Assembly (NCBI RefSeq): GCF_964355755.1
Contig: NC_092671.1
Location: forward strand, 34,482,304 to 34,546,303
Length of the DNA stretch: 64,000 bases
Source: Antedon mediterranea
Lineage: Eukaryota; Animalia; Echinodermata
Reading direction: 5' to 3'
Shown: positions 52,340-64,000 of the stretch, in pieces
How positions within the stretch are numbered: position 1 is the first letter of the stretch
Layout of the letters: the number at the start of each line of letters is the position of its first letter
Translations under genes and position numbers: made by a program
Notes under the pieces: generated by a model
Told to the model about the DNA's origin: nothing
Database searches by the model: none
The model's input: the letters and a program-made list of their open reading frames with translations, nothing else

Positions 52340-52490
52340 TATTTTTGTTATGTTTTGTTCGTATAATATAAATGCGAATCATAAGGCATATCGGAAGGGG
52401 GCGGTTCAAACAAAATGCGTATCAACGAACCTAACACATTGTCTGGGTCGTCAAACCACGCCCATATAACCAAACCAATTTGACAGTGGT
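52340..52490 (-). promoter_or_regulatory. Putative Sp6-9 promoter
   Basis: TATA-like block 52362-52373, GGGGGCGG 52397, CCACGCCC 52456, CCAAT 52475, TGACAG 52481. Confidence 0.45.
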
Positions 52491-53716
52491 GGTGTTCAAT
52501 TGAATGACGACAGTAATAATCCATTAAAATTACAATTGTAAGCAATTTATTATTCTTAATCTGAACATTCTGTAATGTATTTCAACTCCCACTTTCATAA
52601 TTTATCTCACATTCAAACCGCTTATTTATTGATTGATTTTAAAAAGCAGAGAAAATTAAACCACGTCGAAAAAAATCGTCTGCGTTAACTCAAATGGCGG
52701 TAAAATAAAGGATCTTCGAGAATTAACAGGGATAAAATTAATCACAACATTAATTAGAACGTTACAATGTTTAATGAGTGCAGTGAGTAGAACTAACTAT
52801 TGCTCACATGATTAGACCCACTCATTACTTAAGTAATGTCACATCCTCCAGAAAACATGTTGTTTTAGTGAATTTAACGACTTAATTAGGTGTTTGATAT
52901 GCTTAGATTTTCCCTTTTATTTAGTGGTGGTAAACTCGACCTCTCAACTTAGGACATTGTCCCGGATTTGGCTATTTATTAGGTTAAAGAACCGATTGTT
53001 AGTTTATTGGAGAGGCGTTATCCTAACAATTTAGTAAGTATACTACGGAGTTATGATATGGATCGAACCGGTTACTAAGAAGGGGTGGGAACAGCATGGA
53101 ATGGGCAGGAAAATCCGGGTGATTTTAGCTTCCGCCTTTTTCCACTTAAACCGCCTACGTCAGGAAGAATTATTTCTGATCGCTGATTGGCTACAGACAA
53201 TGTTGCTGAAAACTTCGAGAAAACGTGTCTAATTATAAATTGATTTAGACATGAATATGGAATAATTAATTTGATTTCAATTATTTTCATTCAATAAACT
53301 ATTAATGAATGAATAAATGCGCTGGTTACACAGCATTTGTTGTGTAACATATATAAAAATATTTAAAACTTGTTGTTAAAGTTGTAAAGATCTAATATGT
53401 TGTTTTACTTGCAATAATTAATTTAAAAATATATATTTTACAAACGCTGTCGTCATTCTTGTTACCTAAAGTATCAAATAATTTGTTTTACATATGATAA
53501 TTTGTTTCCAACAAACAATTACTGGTTACCGAATGCATGTTCGTTACGTTTGTTTAGTCGTATAAACACAAAGAAGTAAAATCATCAAAACCTATAACAG
53601 TTTACATTACATCTCCTCAGTGAATAAATCTAAAACTTACTTCGTGGGTTCAGCTGTTAATTTGTTCTTATTCGGACTCGAAAACAATCATGTTCACACA
53701 TTAAACAATCGACCGA

Positions 53717-53904
53717 TTTAATGTAATTTACTTTTAACTAGCGTTCACATTGTATGCGATTGTACGCGACCATGTAATAATACGCGCGGTCGTTTACACA
53801 GCTAGCTCGCTTTAATGTGATTTACTTTTAACTACCGTTCACATTGTATGCGATTGTACGCGACCATGTAACATTACGCGCGGTCGTTTACACAGCTAGC
53901 TCGC
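53717..53904. repeat. Tandem duplication, 94 bp x 2
   Basis: tttaatgt.atttacttttaacta.cgttcacattgtatgcgattgtacgcgaccatgtaa...cacagctagctcgc twice. Confidence 0.9.
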
Positions 53905-54024
53905 ATCATCCTTACAAGTTTCTCTCAACAGGTCATGTGTCTTATCAGTCGGCTAAGTGTTCCTTATTTACCGTCGTATCATTTCAGCTGAATAAATCTT
54001 ATCTTGTAATATCAGGGCCTACAC

Positions 54025-54342
54025 GTTCGATTGATTTGTTGGCACTGTGGTGGTGAGGGCCTAGTTTCGGACGGTTCTGGGTTAACCAGTCTAAACAAAT
54101 CGCTGTCTTGATTTGAATTTGGAAAATTGGTAAAACTACACAAATTACATTACTTAAGCTATGATATTACAGATGTCATTAAAAAATACATTAACAATAA
54201 TGGTCGATTGATTGGCACTGTGGGGATAAGGGCCTAGTTTCTGTGTTAACCAGTCTGGACAAATCGATGTCTTTGATTTGAATTTATTTGAAAATCGATA
54301 AAACTACAACATTTACATTACTATGATATTACAGATATCATT
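54025..54342. repeat. Imperfect duplication, ~150 bp x 2
   Basis: tcgattgatt..ggcactgtgg..agggcctagtttc..gttaaccagtct..acaaatcg..taaaactaca..ctatgatattacagat at about 54027 and 54204. Confidence 0.8.
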
Positions 54343-57300
54343 TGTTAGTATGTAATGGATGTTGTAAGCATTACATTTCAAATGTATATTAATAGAAAAT
54401 ATTATTGAATAAAATCTCTGAAAAAACAAACAAAAATGTTCCAGGACAACCAATAAACATGAGAAGTTGTTGTTCCTATATAACATAAACAAACTAAATA
54501 TTACAAACATGAAGTTAAAATATAAAGTAATAAATTATGAAATAAATTACATATAATAATTAAAAATGATAATGAATCATTTGGTTTTTTAATGTGATTT
54601 AACTTTGTTTTTATAAATTATTGTTATTTAAAAAGATAGGATGGATGGATAGCTAATAAAGCTTTTGTTGTAGGCCTACTTGTATAAAATAAATAAACAA
54701 AATATTCCAAACATGAAGTTAAAATACAAAATAATAAATTATAAATAAATCACATATTAATTAATAATAAATGATAGATTATTTATTTAGTTTTGTAAAT
54801 TTGTTTTTACAACTATCTCCATCCAATAAATAAATATTTCAATATAAAATATCTAATTATAAGTACACTTACGAAATCGAAAGAATGAAATGTTCCCAGA
54901 CGCATGAAAACAAATAACGTGGGAAGCAACCTATGTTAGAATTATACATATGTAGGCTATCGCAGGTATGGATAGACTTGTACTCGAGAAAAAGTGCGAG
55001 ACCTCCGAAATCTGGGCCCAATGGTTTTCAACACAAAAACGTGTATTAAGCCTATCCTCTTTTTTTATATTATTAACAGCCAGTCAGATGCCGCGAATGT
55101 GCATTAATTATCAAAAAGATTATCACCCTCCTTTAGTCAATTACCTTCAATTAAGTTCATCATTTGGATAGACAAAGAACAGATTATTTAAAAAATCAAT
55201 AAATAGAAGTCTAGCCACGATTCTGCTTTAAACAATTTAAATGGTGTACCGGTTAATATTGCCTGGTTATGGTTAGACTAATCCCTCTACGACTAAGTAG
55301 TTAATTGTCATTTTGATGTAATCGGTTTCAATAAAAACAATAGTGTAAAATAAAAACCAACCACAAAAGGGCAGGATTTATGATATTGATTACTGAAGCG
55401 TGAATGTCCATTTATTAGCTTAATCCTATTCTCTCTAGGCCTACATGTCCAGTAAAAAGTCATAACGCTTGAAAAAATATATATACTTTAATCTTATTTG
55501 TCCACAGTTTTTGGGCAGTCAGCAGATGGCTACATATACCTAAATCAATGTTAAAACAAATTTGTTAAATTTCCCTATTATATTATGTAAATTATAATTA
55601 AGCCATTGTAAATAGGGCTATGTATATAGCTATCAATCTATAAATTATTTAACATCATAGTGACGTGCGTTGGTTTGCCTCTTCGCGAAACTAGGTAGTG
55701 TTGCTCATTTTAGAAACGTATACACGCTGTGTCGAGTGCAAATGTTAGAATGTAGTGTTTGCCTTAATTCAAATTGTGATATATGCATAGTTGTATATGC
55801 CAGGGCAATGTAATCGTGTGGCCTAATCGCACGTCTTTGCGATTATTGGAGGCAAAAATCTCTCAGTTTGTTAAATTAGGCCTAAAATGCATTTCCGTGT
55901 TGATTGCAGGCCTGAAATGTCAGAACGGAATTTTATTTTTAAATGCAAACTTAGTAAAATATGACCTCTTTATGAAAAAAAAAGAAATCAATTTCCTTTA
56001 TAGGCCTAAGTAAGTAAGTGAAAATAAAATCGTCCCCAAACCTACCCTTGTATGCAATATAATACATAAACAGACTAGTCCTACTACGTACATTATCAAT
56101 ACTATTAGCCTACACTTACACGGTATTGGTAACCGCAACGAAATATTTTCCATAAGCAAAAAAAAACTGACATCACATCATACGTCGTCAACTCATGGCG
56201 GTCCAATTGGTCAAAAAAAAATGGACAACCGCAAACAACAACAATTAAATCTTGTCCAATAAAAAGTTCTCGGGACCTTGCTATACTTACTATTTCCGAA
56301 TGATCCCATCGGTAAGTTTTAGCCAACAACCTCACGAATGTTGATCCGTCTTTATCCCTCAGTGCTTGAAAGGGAGTGTGTGGCACGACCGACGGGGCCG
56401 ACAAAAAGCCTTCTTTCCGCGGAACTCAAATCAACATAGCCGTGCTTTACGTTTTTCATTAAAGCCTAAACCTGAACATTTAACGCATGCACACGCCTCC
56501 TTTTGTTTAAACTCAGATCTTCCGCCTGCGAATTTTACTGATATTCTAATCTAACAGACGATTCTTTTATTACATGAGTGAATTTCCTTTGTACAATACC
56601 GCACAAATAGACGTGCTTAACAGATTAGTGCAAAATAACGACATTAGAACTTGTAAGAGGCCTGATTGATCGCAAAATGTATACGTTGTGACCATTTCAC
56701 TGAAACGCGAAGCCAGTTCGTGTAGCATAATACAACAGTACGTGATTAATTTTTAAATAACTAAACATTATATGAGCGAAAACCATTTCTATGCATATTG
56801 TTATTGTCAGGTGGATAATGTGGATTTGTAATTATTGTATAGTATAATCCCGTAAAGCCAACAAACAACAATATTGTATGCTTCTGGCGGAGCTTGTTTG
56901 CAGGTGAGAGCGTCGTTCACCGTTGCCATTTTACAAGGATATTAAACGTTTATGTTTATACGTCATTTCTGAATAGAGTGGGAAAATTGGTGTCGGAACT
57001 ATCAAAAGCTGATTTGTCTTTGTTCAGCCTAATATTAGTTGTCAAGGGCACAAATTAAACCACAAAACTTGTTATACCACCTTATTACAAGGGCACGAAT
57101 TATACAATTCATATTACACACCTTTTAACTCGGTAAATACAACCCTATTATTACTTAAGGTAACCATAAGCAGAAGTACAAATCGGTCAAAATAGGATAA
57201 AGATACCAGAGGCTAAAAATAGAATATACAATGGAGCAATTTAATAACCCTACAACTGGTGTTTTTTCTATAATAAAAATAAATTTAATAGTATTTGTTT

Positions 57301-60300
57301 CGTTACGGCTGATCGGGTGAAGGATGGGCAAGTGTGATAACTACACACTACTACACTGCTCGTAAGTTAGTCATAATCTTCTTAAAAGCAAATACCACCC
57401 TCCTATGTATACTTCAAAGTACTTTATATAGGTTATCCACGTACAAGACTGAGAAACACAATCCAATATACACTGTGATAACATTAACTCCAACCTCAAT
57501 CCACCACCTTGCTTATTATCTCCTCCACGTATTTTATCAAAATCCAGTTGTTTTTTACTCAAAACACAAAGACTGTTGGATTTTTACGAAATATGTTTTT
57601 CTTTGTCGGTATACAGTTAACACAAAGGAAATGAAAGGATTTAGAAACTAATAATAACAGATTAAGTATATAAAACCGGAGGAAAAATATTTTCATTTAT
57701 TCGATAACTAGATTAAGCCTTTGACTACATTAGGCGTACACAGAACTGATTTAATTTTTTTATAATAATAATTTTATCGACAGTATAAGAATCAAAATGA
57801 CATGTACATGTAGTACACCTGACTGCATTAGGTAGGCCTATTACTATGGGCATGTTTCATCTTGTTTTTATTTATTAATTAAAAAAGAATAAATCAGCAT
57901 AAGTCTAAATATGGCTCTGAAAAAAAAGTGCCTAATGGAGACTGGTAGCCCGACCAAAGGTGAAGCGCCTGCTCATAGAAAACGACATGCGCGGATTTAT
58001 TGTTATTAACATTTCTGTTTTCATACCGTTCTTATAATAATCTAGTTGTGACGACATCATGAGACACGTGGTGGACGCGCGCGTACAAATTCTGTACCAT
58101 TATTATCAGCATTTATGCGCGCGCCTACAAATTCCGTACCATTATTATCAGCATTTGAACACGTTTTTGTTTCTCCATCAATAAAAAAAGCATAATTATT
58201 TTCTTCCGACCATGTAGGCCAACATTGGAAATTGAATTTTTTTTAAACGTAAAACATTTCCACATCAGGCGTACAGTAGTATTTCAATTTAATGTTACGT
58301 AGTACAATTGAAACACCAGTGATACCAGAGAAAGAGTAAAACTCTTCCCTGGTGATACGTTCCACTTCACTGATTTAAGAATCCATATTTTATACCCTCA
58401 CGCAATAAAAAAAAAATGATGTGATGTTAATCTCATATGATTTGACAATTTTCGCATTTAATTAGTAATTATTTGTTTTTCTTTTTTGGTGTGAAGAAAT
58501 AAATCTCAGGCTCAGCAAAATGTTCCGTGGGATGAAAGGTGCTAACTTACAGAATTTGCTATTAAATTTGATTGCACGAGGAATTAGTAAAAATTGCTAT
58601 TTGTAGGCTTGTCTTGTGAGGCTTGAATCTCTGTGGGGAGGATTAAAGAGAACTTACGTCAAGCGTTGCAAACGCACACTGTAGGCCAACTGCGCTCGAA
58701 AAAAGCACGTATAATAACGTATGAATAACGCAATAAGAGGTTACCTTGTTGACAAAATTAATTTTAAATATTTTCTCAAATTTTTATGGCACACAAATAA
58801 TTTTTAGTTAAAGTACATACATATTTAAATAATAAGATGAATAATTACAATATTTAAAATTTTAAAGAAGATATTAATAAAAATGTATAAATAAATAAAA
58901 CATGGTCTTAATTTTAAGAAAATAAATATTATTATTGGGAAAAAGTCAAATTGTTAAGAAAAGGTCACATTGTGTTGAGAAAAAACTAAGTACGGTAAGT
59001 TTCCAGACACGCAAAAATCTACGCATACGTTTGTCGAAAGCTTAGGCAATTTCAATTCAGATAGAAATAAGTTTGTACTACTGTATCAGTAAATGTATAA
59101 TATTTTCTATGAATCCTGCTTTATTCGTCTGATAATATCTTGTTATCCTTTAAACAAATCATTCGTACTTAACACCAAATACTATCACCGCGTCAATTTG
59201 TCATCTTAACTCGTTTCCAACGTGTTTACAAATTAAGAACAAGGTGATATTCGCCATGCCATAATAATATTGCTCTAAGCGCCAAGTAGATCTTTCGGAT
59301 TTGTTTACTTACCAATCGCGTTTAATTCGTCCATGAGTTAAGTTCTAAACGCATTGACGTTATTTGATAAACGATTAATAGCCATAGGTAATATAAAATA
59401 ATATCTGTTAAAGAGCAATGATCTTCAATTATTTTCACTAAAGATTGTTTTAAAAAACACCTTCACGGACAAAGAGCTTAATAAACGATTGAGCGAACCA
59501 GATATGCATAATGGTAATTTGGACCAGTCTGGCGGTTCTTACTAATCATATCTGAATTTTAATCATTATTATATATAAGTATCTATGTTTCAGTAGATTA
59601 ACTCGGATAATCTAACTCCTTAATGTAATCCTTATGTCGACAACTGTATATTTTTGTAATAGCACTATCAATCAGTCGGCTTTGAATGTGTTCGCCTCCC
59701 TCCTTTATACATATTGTATCGAACGCTTGTTGCCGTTATGGGCTGATTGTAAATATGTTATGTGTACTATAACGTATAGACCCACGTTTGGCATAAATGT
59801 CTAAATATTGTCCAAACCATAGACCTAAAATATAGGTCTGTAAGTATATATACAAAACCACCGATTTGTTCTAGAAATTCGCTTTGAAGTTTATGGGCTG
59901 TAGCCTAATAGGCAAACAGCGATTCGCATTTGGGAACAAGCTCTAACAAAAACCCACAATTTAAACTTTTTTTGTATTAATCACCTTTCTACATAATAGT
60001 TTTCAATCCTTAAAATAGTCAAGATTTCGGTTGGGGTTAAATGTATTATTTGCCGTAAAATTCACCATTTTAGCTACACAAACATAAATAAAACTTAATT
60101 TAATTCTTCCAAGTTATGCCTACTGAGAAGAACAACGTGTTAAGGGTGACAATTGAAAATAAAATGAAACGAAAATATTCCTACGGCCTATTACACAGAC
60201 AAGAAAGTTAGGCCTAAATGTATTCTTTCGTATAATACATAGGCCTAGTCCTTATCAAATCACTATTTAGCAGAACTTCCTAGGCCTAATTCATAATACC

Positions 60301-60414
60301 TTTTGTAAGTTTACATGCTGCAAACTACAGCAATTTCTATCTTCTAAACAACCTTCCTTTGTAGTTTACATGCCTACTTAATTACACTCTAAATCATGTT
60401 TTAGCGCTATTTAC

Positions 60415-60982
60415 TATTACTTATTCCACTATAACTATTCCATTACTATTCCACTACTATTCCACTATTATTCCATTACTATTCCACTACTATTCCACTA
60501 TTATTCCATTACTATTCCACTACTATTCCACTATTATTCCATTACTATTCCACTACTATTCCACTATTATTTCATTACTATTCCACTATACTATTCCACT
60601 ATTATTCCATTACTATATTCCACTACTATTCCACTATTATTCCATTACTATTCCACTACTATTCCACTATTATTCCATTACTATTCCACTACTATTCCAC
60701 TATTATTCCATTAATATTCCCCTACTATTCCACTATACTATTCCACTACTCCTCCACTATTATTCCATTACTATTCCACTATTATTCCATTACTATTCCA
60801 CTACTATTCCACTATTATTTCATTACTATTCCACTACTATTCCATTACTATTCCACTACTATTCCACTATTATTCCATTACTATTCCACTACTATTCCAC
60901 TATTATTCCACTATTATTCTATTACTATTCCACTACTATTCCACTATACTATTCCACAACTCCTCCACTATTATTCCATTAA
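60415..60982. repeat. 11-bp minisatellite (CTATTCCACTA / TTATTCCATTA) with ~33-bp higher-order period
   Basis: About 50 units cycling among three variants. Confidence 0.95.
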
Positions 60983-61640
60983 CTATACTCTTCAATTTTC
61001 AATTGAGTATATCCAGATAATTGTCTACTTTGTGAAGTTTTTGAAGATCTACAGCATTAAAACCCGATATCACAAAACTCTGTTATTAAGTTTTAGTTAA
61101 CTCTACGTTAACGTTTGAACATGTTCCAGCATCTACTGATGCCTAGCCCAGGATAAACCAGACATACAATAATGAACAGTTATTACCACCATAGATAACT
61201 ACCTGAACCCCAACAAATCTAAGGACACGACTGGAATGTCTTACCAACAGACTAACTGAACCATCATCTTTGACTTCGAGGAATTGGCCAGAACAAGATG
61301 ATCAACTAAAATGAATTAAAGCTACTTATTTTTTTCGTTAGTAAAACAACTTGCAGTTAAGCTTATAAGACTTGCAGTAGTAGTTAAGCTCAGACTTACC
61401 GTATACCAGTGACATTGGAAATATCACCACTGGGAATAGTACGGTAACACTTTAAAGAATTAACAAAACCTAGAATATTGCAAGATCTAGCATTTTGGAT
61501 TTTAAAATGTGTTAAAAGTTACGTCATATATTGATTTGATTTTTAGTAAACCGCATATGACAGACTTTATGGATATTTAATCGGTTATGATCAGATGACC
61601 AGGAATTAATTAAATGGTTGGCTGCACACACGTTTGTTGA

Positions 61641-61731
61641 TTTTTAGTCGCGTGCAACGCGACTCTATAGCTCACTATGTCGGTCGGTCGGTAAACACTA
61701 ACTCAAATTTGCACACGCGACTGCCTTGTTT
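61641..61731 (+). mobile_element. Short Helentron-associated (HINE/DINE-1-like) element
   Basis: T-run flanks, sub-terminal inverted repeats AGTCGCGTG (61646) and CACGCGACT (61714), a 5' hairpin, and a (GTCG)n microsatellite. Confidence 0.5.
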
Positions 61732-64000
61732 ATCAAGGGAAAGTATACCTTTCTCTCTTGAAAGCACATTTTTAGTTATTCAAATCATGGAGGAAACATG
61801 ATAGAATTCACAGAGTTTCAAGCAACTTATGCATACTTTGTGTTTAATGCTGTAATATGGAGTAAGTTCATAATATTCTGTTTGGACTATTTGCATATTC
61901 TCATTCATAATTATTTGGTGACCACAGGAATATTAGAACATAAAGGAAATACTGTAATTATAATAACGAATCTTGTAATTAAGATAATCAGACAATCAAT
62001 AGATCAAGCGATATTCCTAGGTCTACTGCACATTTATTAATTCCAAAATTGTATATCAACATGTCCATATTAGCAACCAATGTGTTTTAGACTTTTTTTA
62101 ATATTTTATAATTCGTAGGCCTAGTTATTAAGTTGAAAGTTATTTGACTGATAGAATAAATACAGACACAACTGAAATAAAAGTGGGACGAACCACAATA
62201 GACAAACAAAAAATGAAGCTTCGACCAATATCGACAGATTGAAGGAAAATGTGATAGAATATGAACGATGTTCATCTCAATCGAATTTTCATAAATGCGG
62301 CAGATGATGTTGAAATACATAAATATAGAAATGGCATTGAAAAATGTAATTAAACGTCGCTAGGAGCAAGGAAACGTAGAAGGAAATGATAAGAAAGAGA
62401 GGTAGAATCGTTCTAATCCAACGATTACTTTATTAACAATCCGAAGGTGATGTTCTATATTGTAAATGAATAGATAATCTTATACTGAAAAAAATATCAG
62501 TAACCATCAGGACAGAACATAATTCTAACAAGATGTCGCCTCTCAGTGATTACAATGATTACCAGGTCCGGAACTAGAGGATAACAAATGCAATGTATTG
62601 TTTCTAATGATGATAATGCTTTCCGGTGATGTCAAGGTTACATATAATTCTTAAATTTTAACAACATAATAATATTGACATTTAAACGTATAAACGTGAT
62701 GGTTTCCTTGCGTGGAAGTGTAAATTTAGGACCATTATAATTTATATGAATCGATTGCATAATGGTAGTAATTTCCAATGTATTTATATACTGCTATATA
62801 GTTACACATGTGTGTCATACAATACTACGCATAGTATAACATCTCCTTCCCCTATTAAGAGGACACTCCACTACAGGGGACACCCCTATTAAGGCCGGTA
62901 CTATCTCGTGAAACGAACGAGAGAAACTACTTCCCACCCAAAAAAAAAAAGGTGTGATATGCCCAAATATGATAATGATATTACATCATCATGTCCATTA
63001 TGGGCACATCATATTTGTTGTCACATAAAGTGTAGTGTAGACACGGCTTAAGAGGTACTCGCTGTTTCGGTTGATGCACGAAAGAGAAATAAACCTTTTG
63101 TTATATTATTTTATTATAATTCAAATTTTATTATCTTACTTTTTATTTATCTAAATTGTTTATAATATCTAAATTTGAAATCTTTAAAATGTTGTATTGC
63201 TTATTAACCTTAAAATTTATATAAAAAGCTCATAACCAGCGGCGCTTCACATACTGTCATAATATTGGTTAAACTTAACATTCTTTAAATGTTTTCAAAT
63301 GTTTAAAATAACTTGGTAGATTGTTACAGATTCGTGCAGTAACGGAATACGAGCGATCAGCAAATGTATTTCTTTTTTAATAGTCATATATGTTGTACTT
63401 ATATTGTTTACATTGATTTAGCTTTGTTAACTCATCATATTATGTACCATCACGTCCGCTCGCGATCGAAAGTCTGAGTGAAAAAGTCATAAAAAACTTC
63501 AATATGCAAATTAGCAAACTTTCTTGCAATCTGATTCGTCAACATGCAATCCAAGCAACAACCCGATATGTGCTTATTATATTTCAACTGATAATTGTTT
63601 AATTCGTGTGGCCGTCTCCAGGCACGAATTCAAATTACATAATCTCAGTTTAGAAAAACAGTAATTTACTTGATTTTTATATAAAGCTTTATGGATACGA
63701 TGACAAGGTTGTAGCATAGAGTTCATATTCATTCACAAGTTCCGCATCTGCTATTCTGCAAATGAAAATTGATGTTGAATCGGTTGACATGTTAATTCCG
63801 CGAGACACTGTTCCTATTTTAATGTCGTCCTGAAGGTGTTTGGTGGTCGAACCAAAATTACGGAACTTTGCAACAGATTAAAAAAAATGAAGACTCATTT
63901 TACATCGAATGATTGACATGCATTTGTGGGAATAAACGAATATATGTTTGAGTTTAGGTATGTGACAAAAATTAAGTTGCAAGGACATGACGAGTTTTGT

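Noticed and set aside
56105-56404. 99-aa minus-strand ORF with a GTAAGT donor as the missing Sp6-9 exon
   Set aside because: No Sp box or other recognisable motif, and a non-ATG start.
61120-61310. Possible CR1-like 3' remnant (gactggaatgtcttacc)
   Set aside because: A single short motif is insufficient.

Overview
AT-rich eukaryotic (invertebrate animal) DNA; an echinoderm-like deuterostome is my guess only. Three transcription-factor genes lie in a tight row. (1) An Sp5/buttonhead-class zinc-finger gene on + (putative 10-codon exon at 4445-4474, an 11-kb intron, main exon 15468-16589). (2) A complete NR4A (Nur77/Nurr1/HR38-type) nuclear receptor on + (7 coding exons, 35142-39620, 664 aa), with up to four CRE-rich candidate promoters or enhancers upstream. 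(3) An Sp6-9 (Sp8/9-class) gene on - (48559-49758), convergent with the other two. The rest is regulatory-looking non-coding DNA, MITEs, LINE remnants and tandem repeats. Most notable: NR4A sits inside an Sp gene cluster; its helix 11-12/AF-2 end is strongly divergent; the Sp6-9 gene appears to lack an Sp box but has an eh1-like motif; about 40 copies of TAGGCCTA avoid the NR4A coding body; there are Penelope-type minimal hammerhead relics and a perfect 35-bp hairpin. Coordinates and counts were derived by eye. No RNA gene or CRISPR array is supported.
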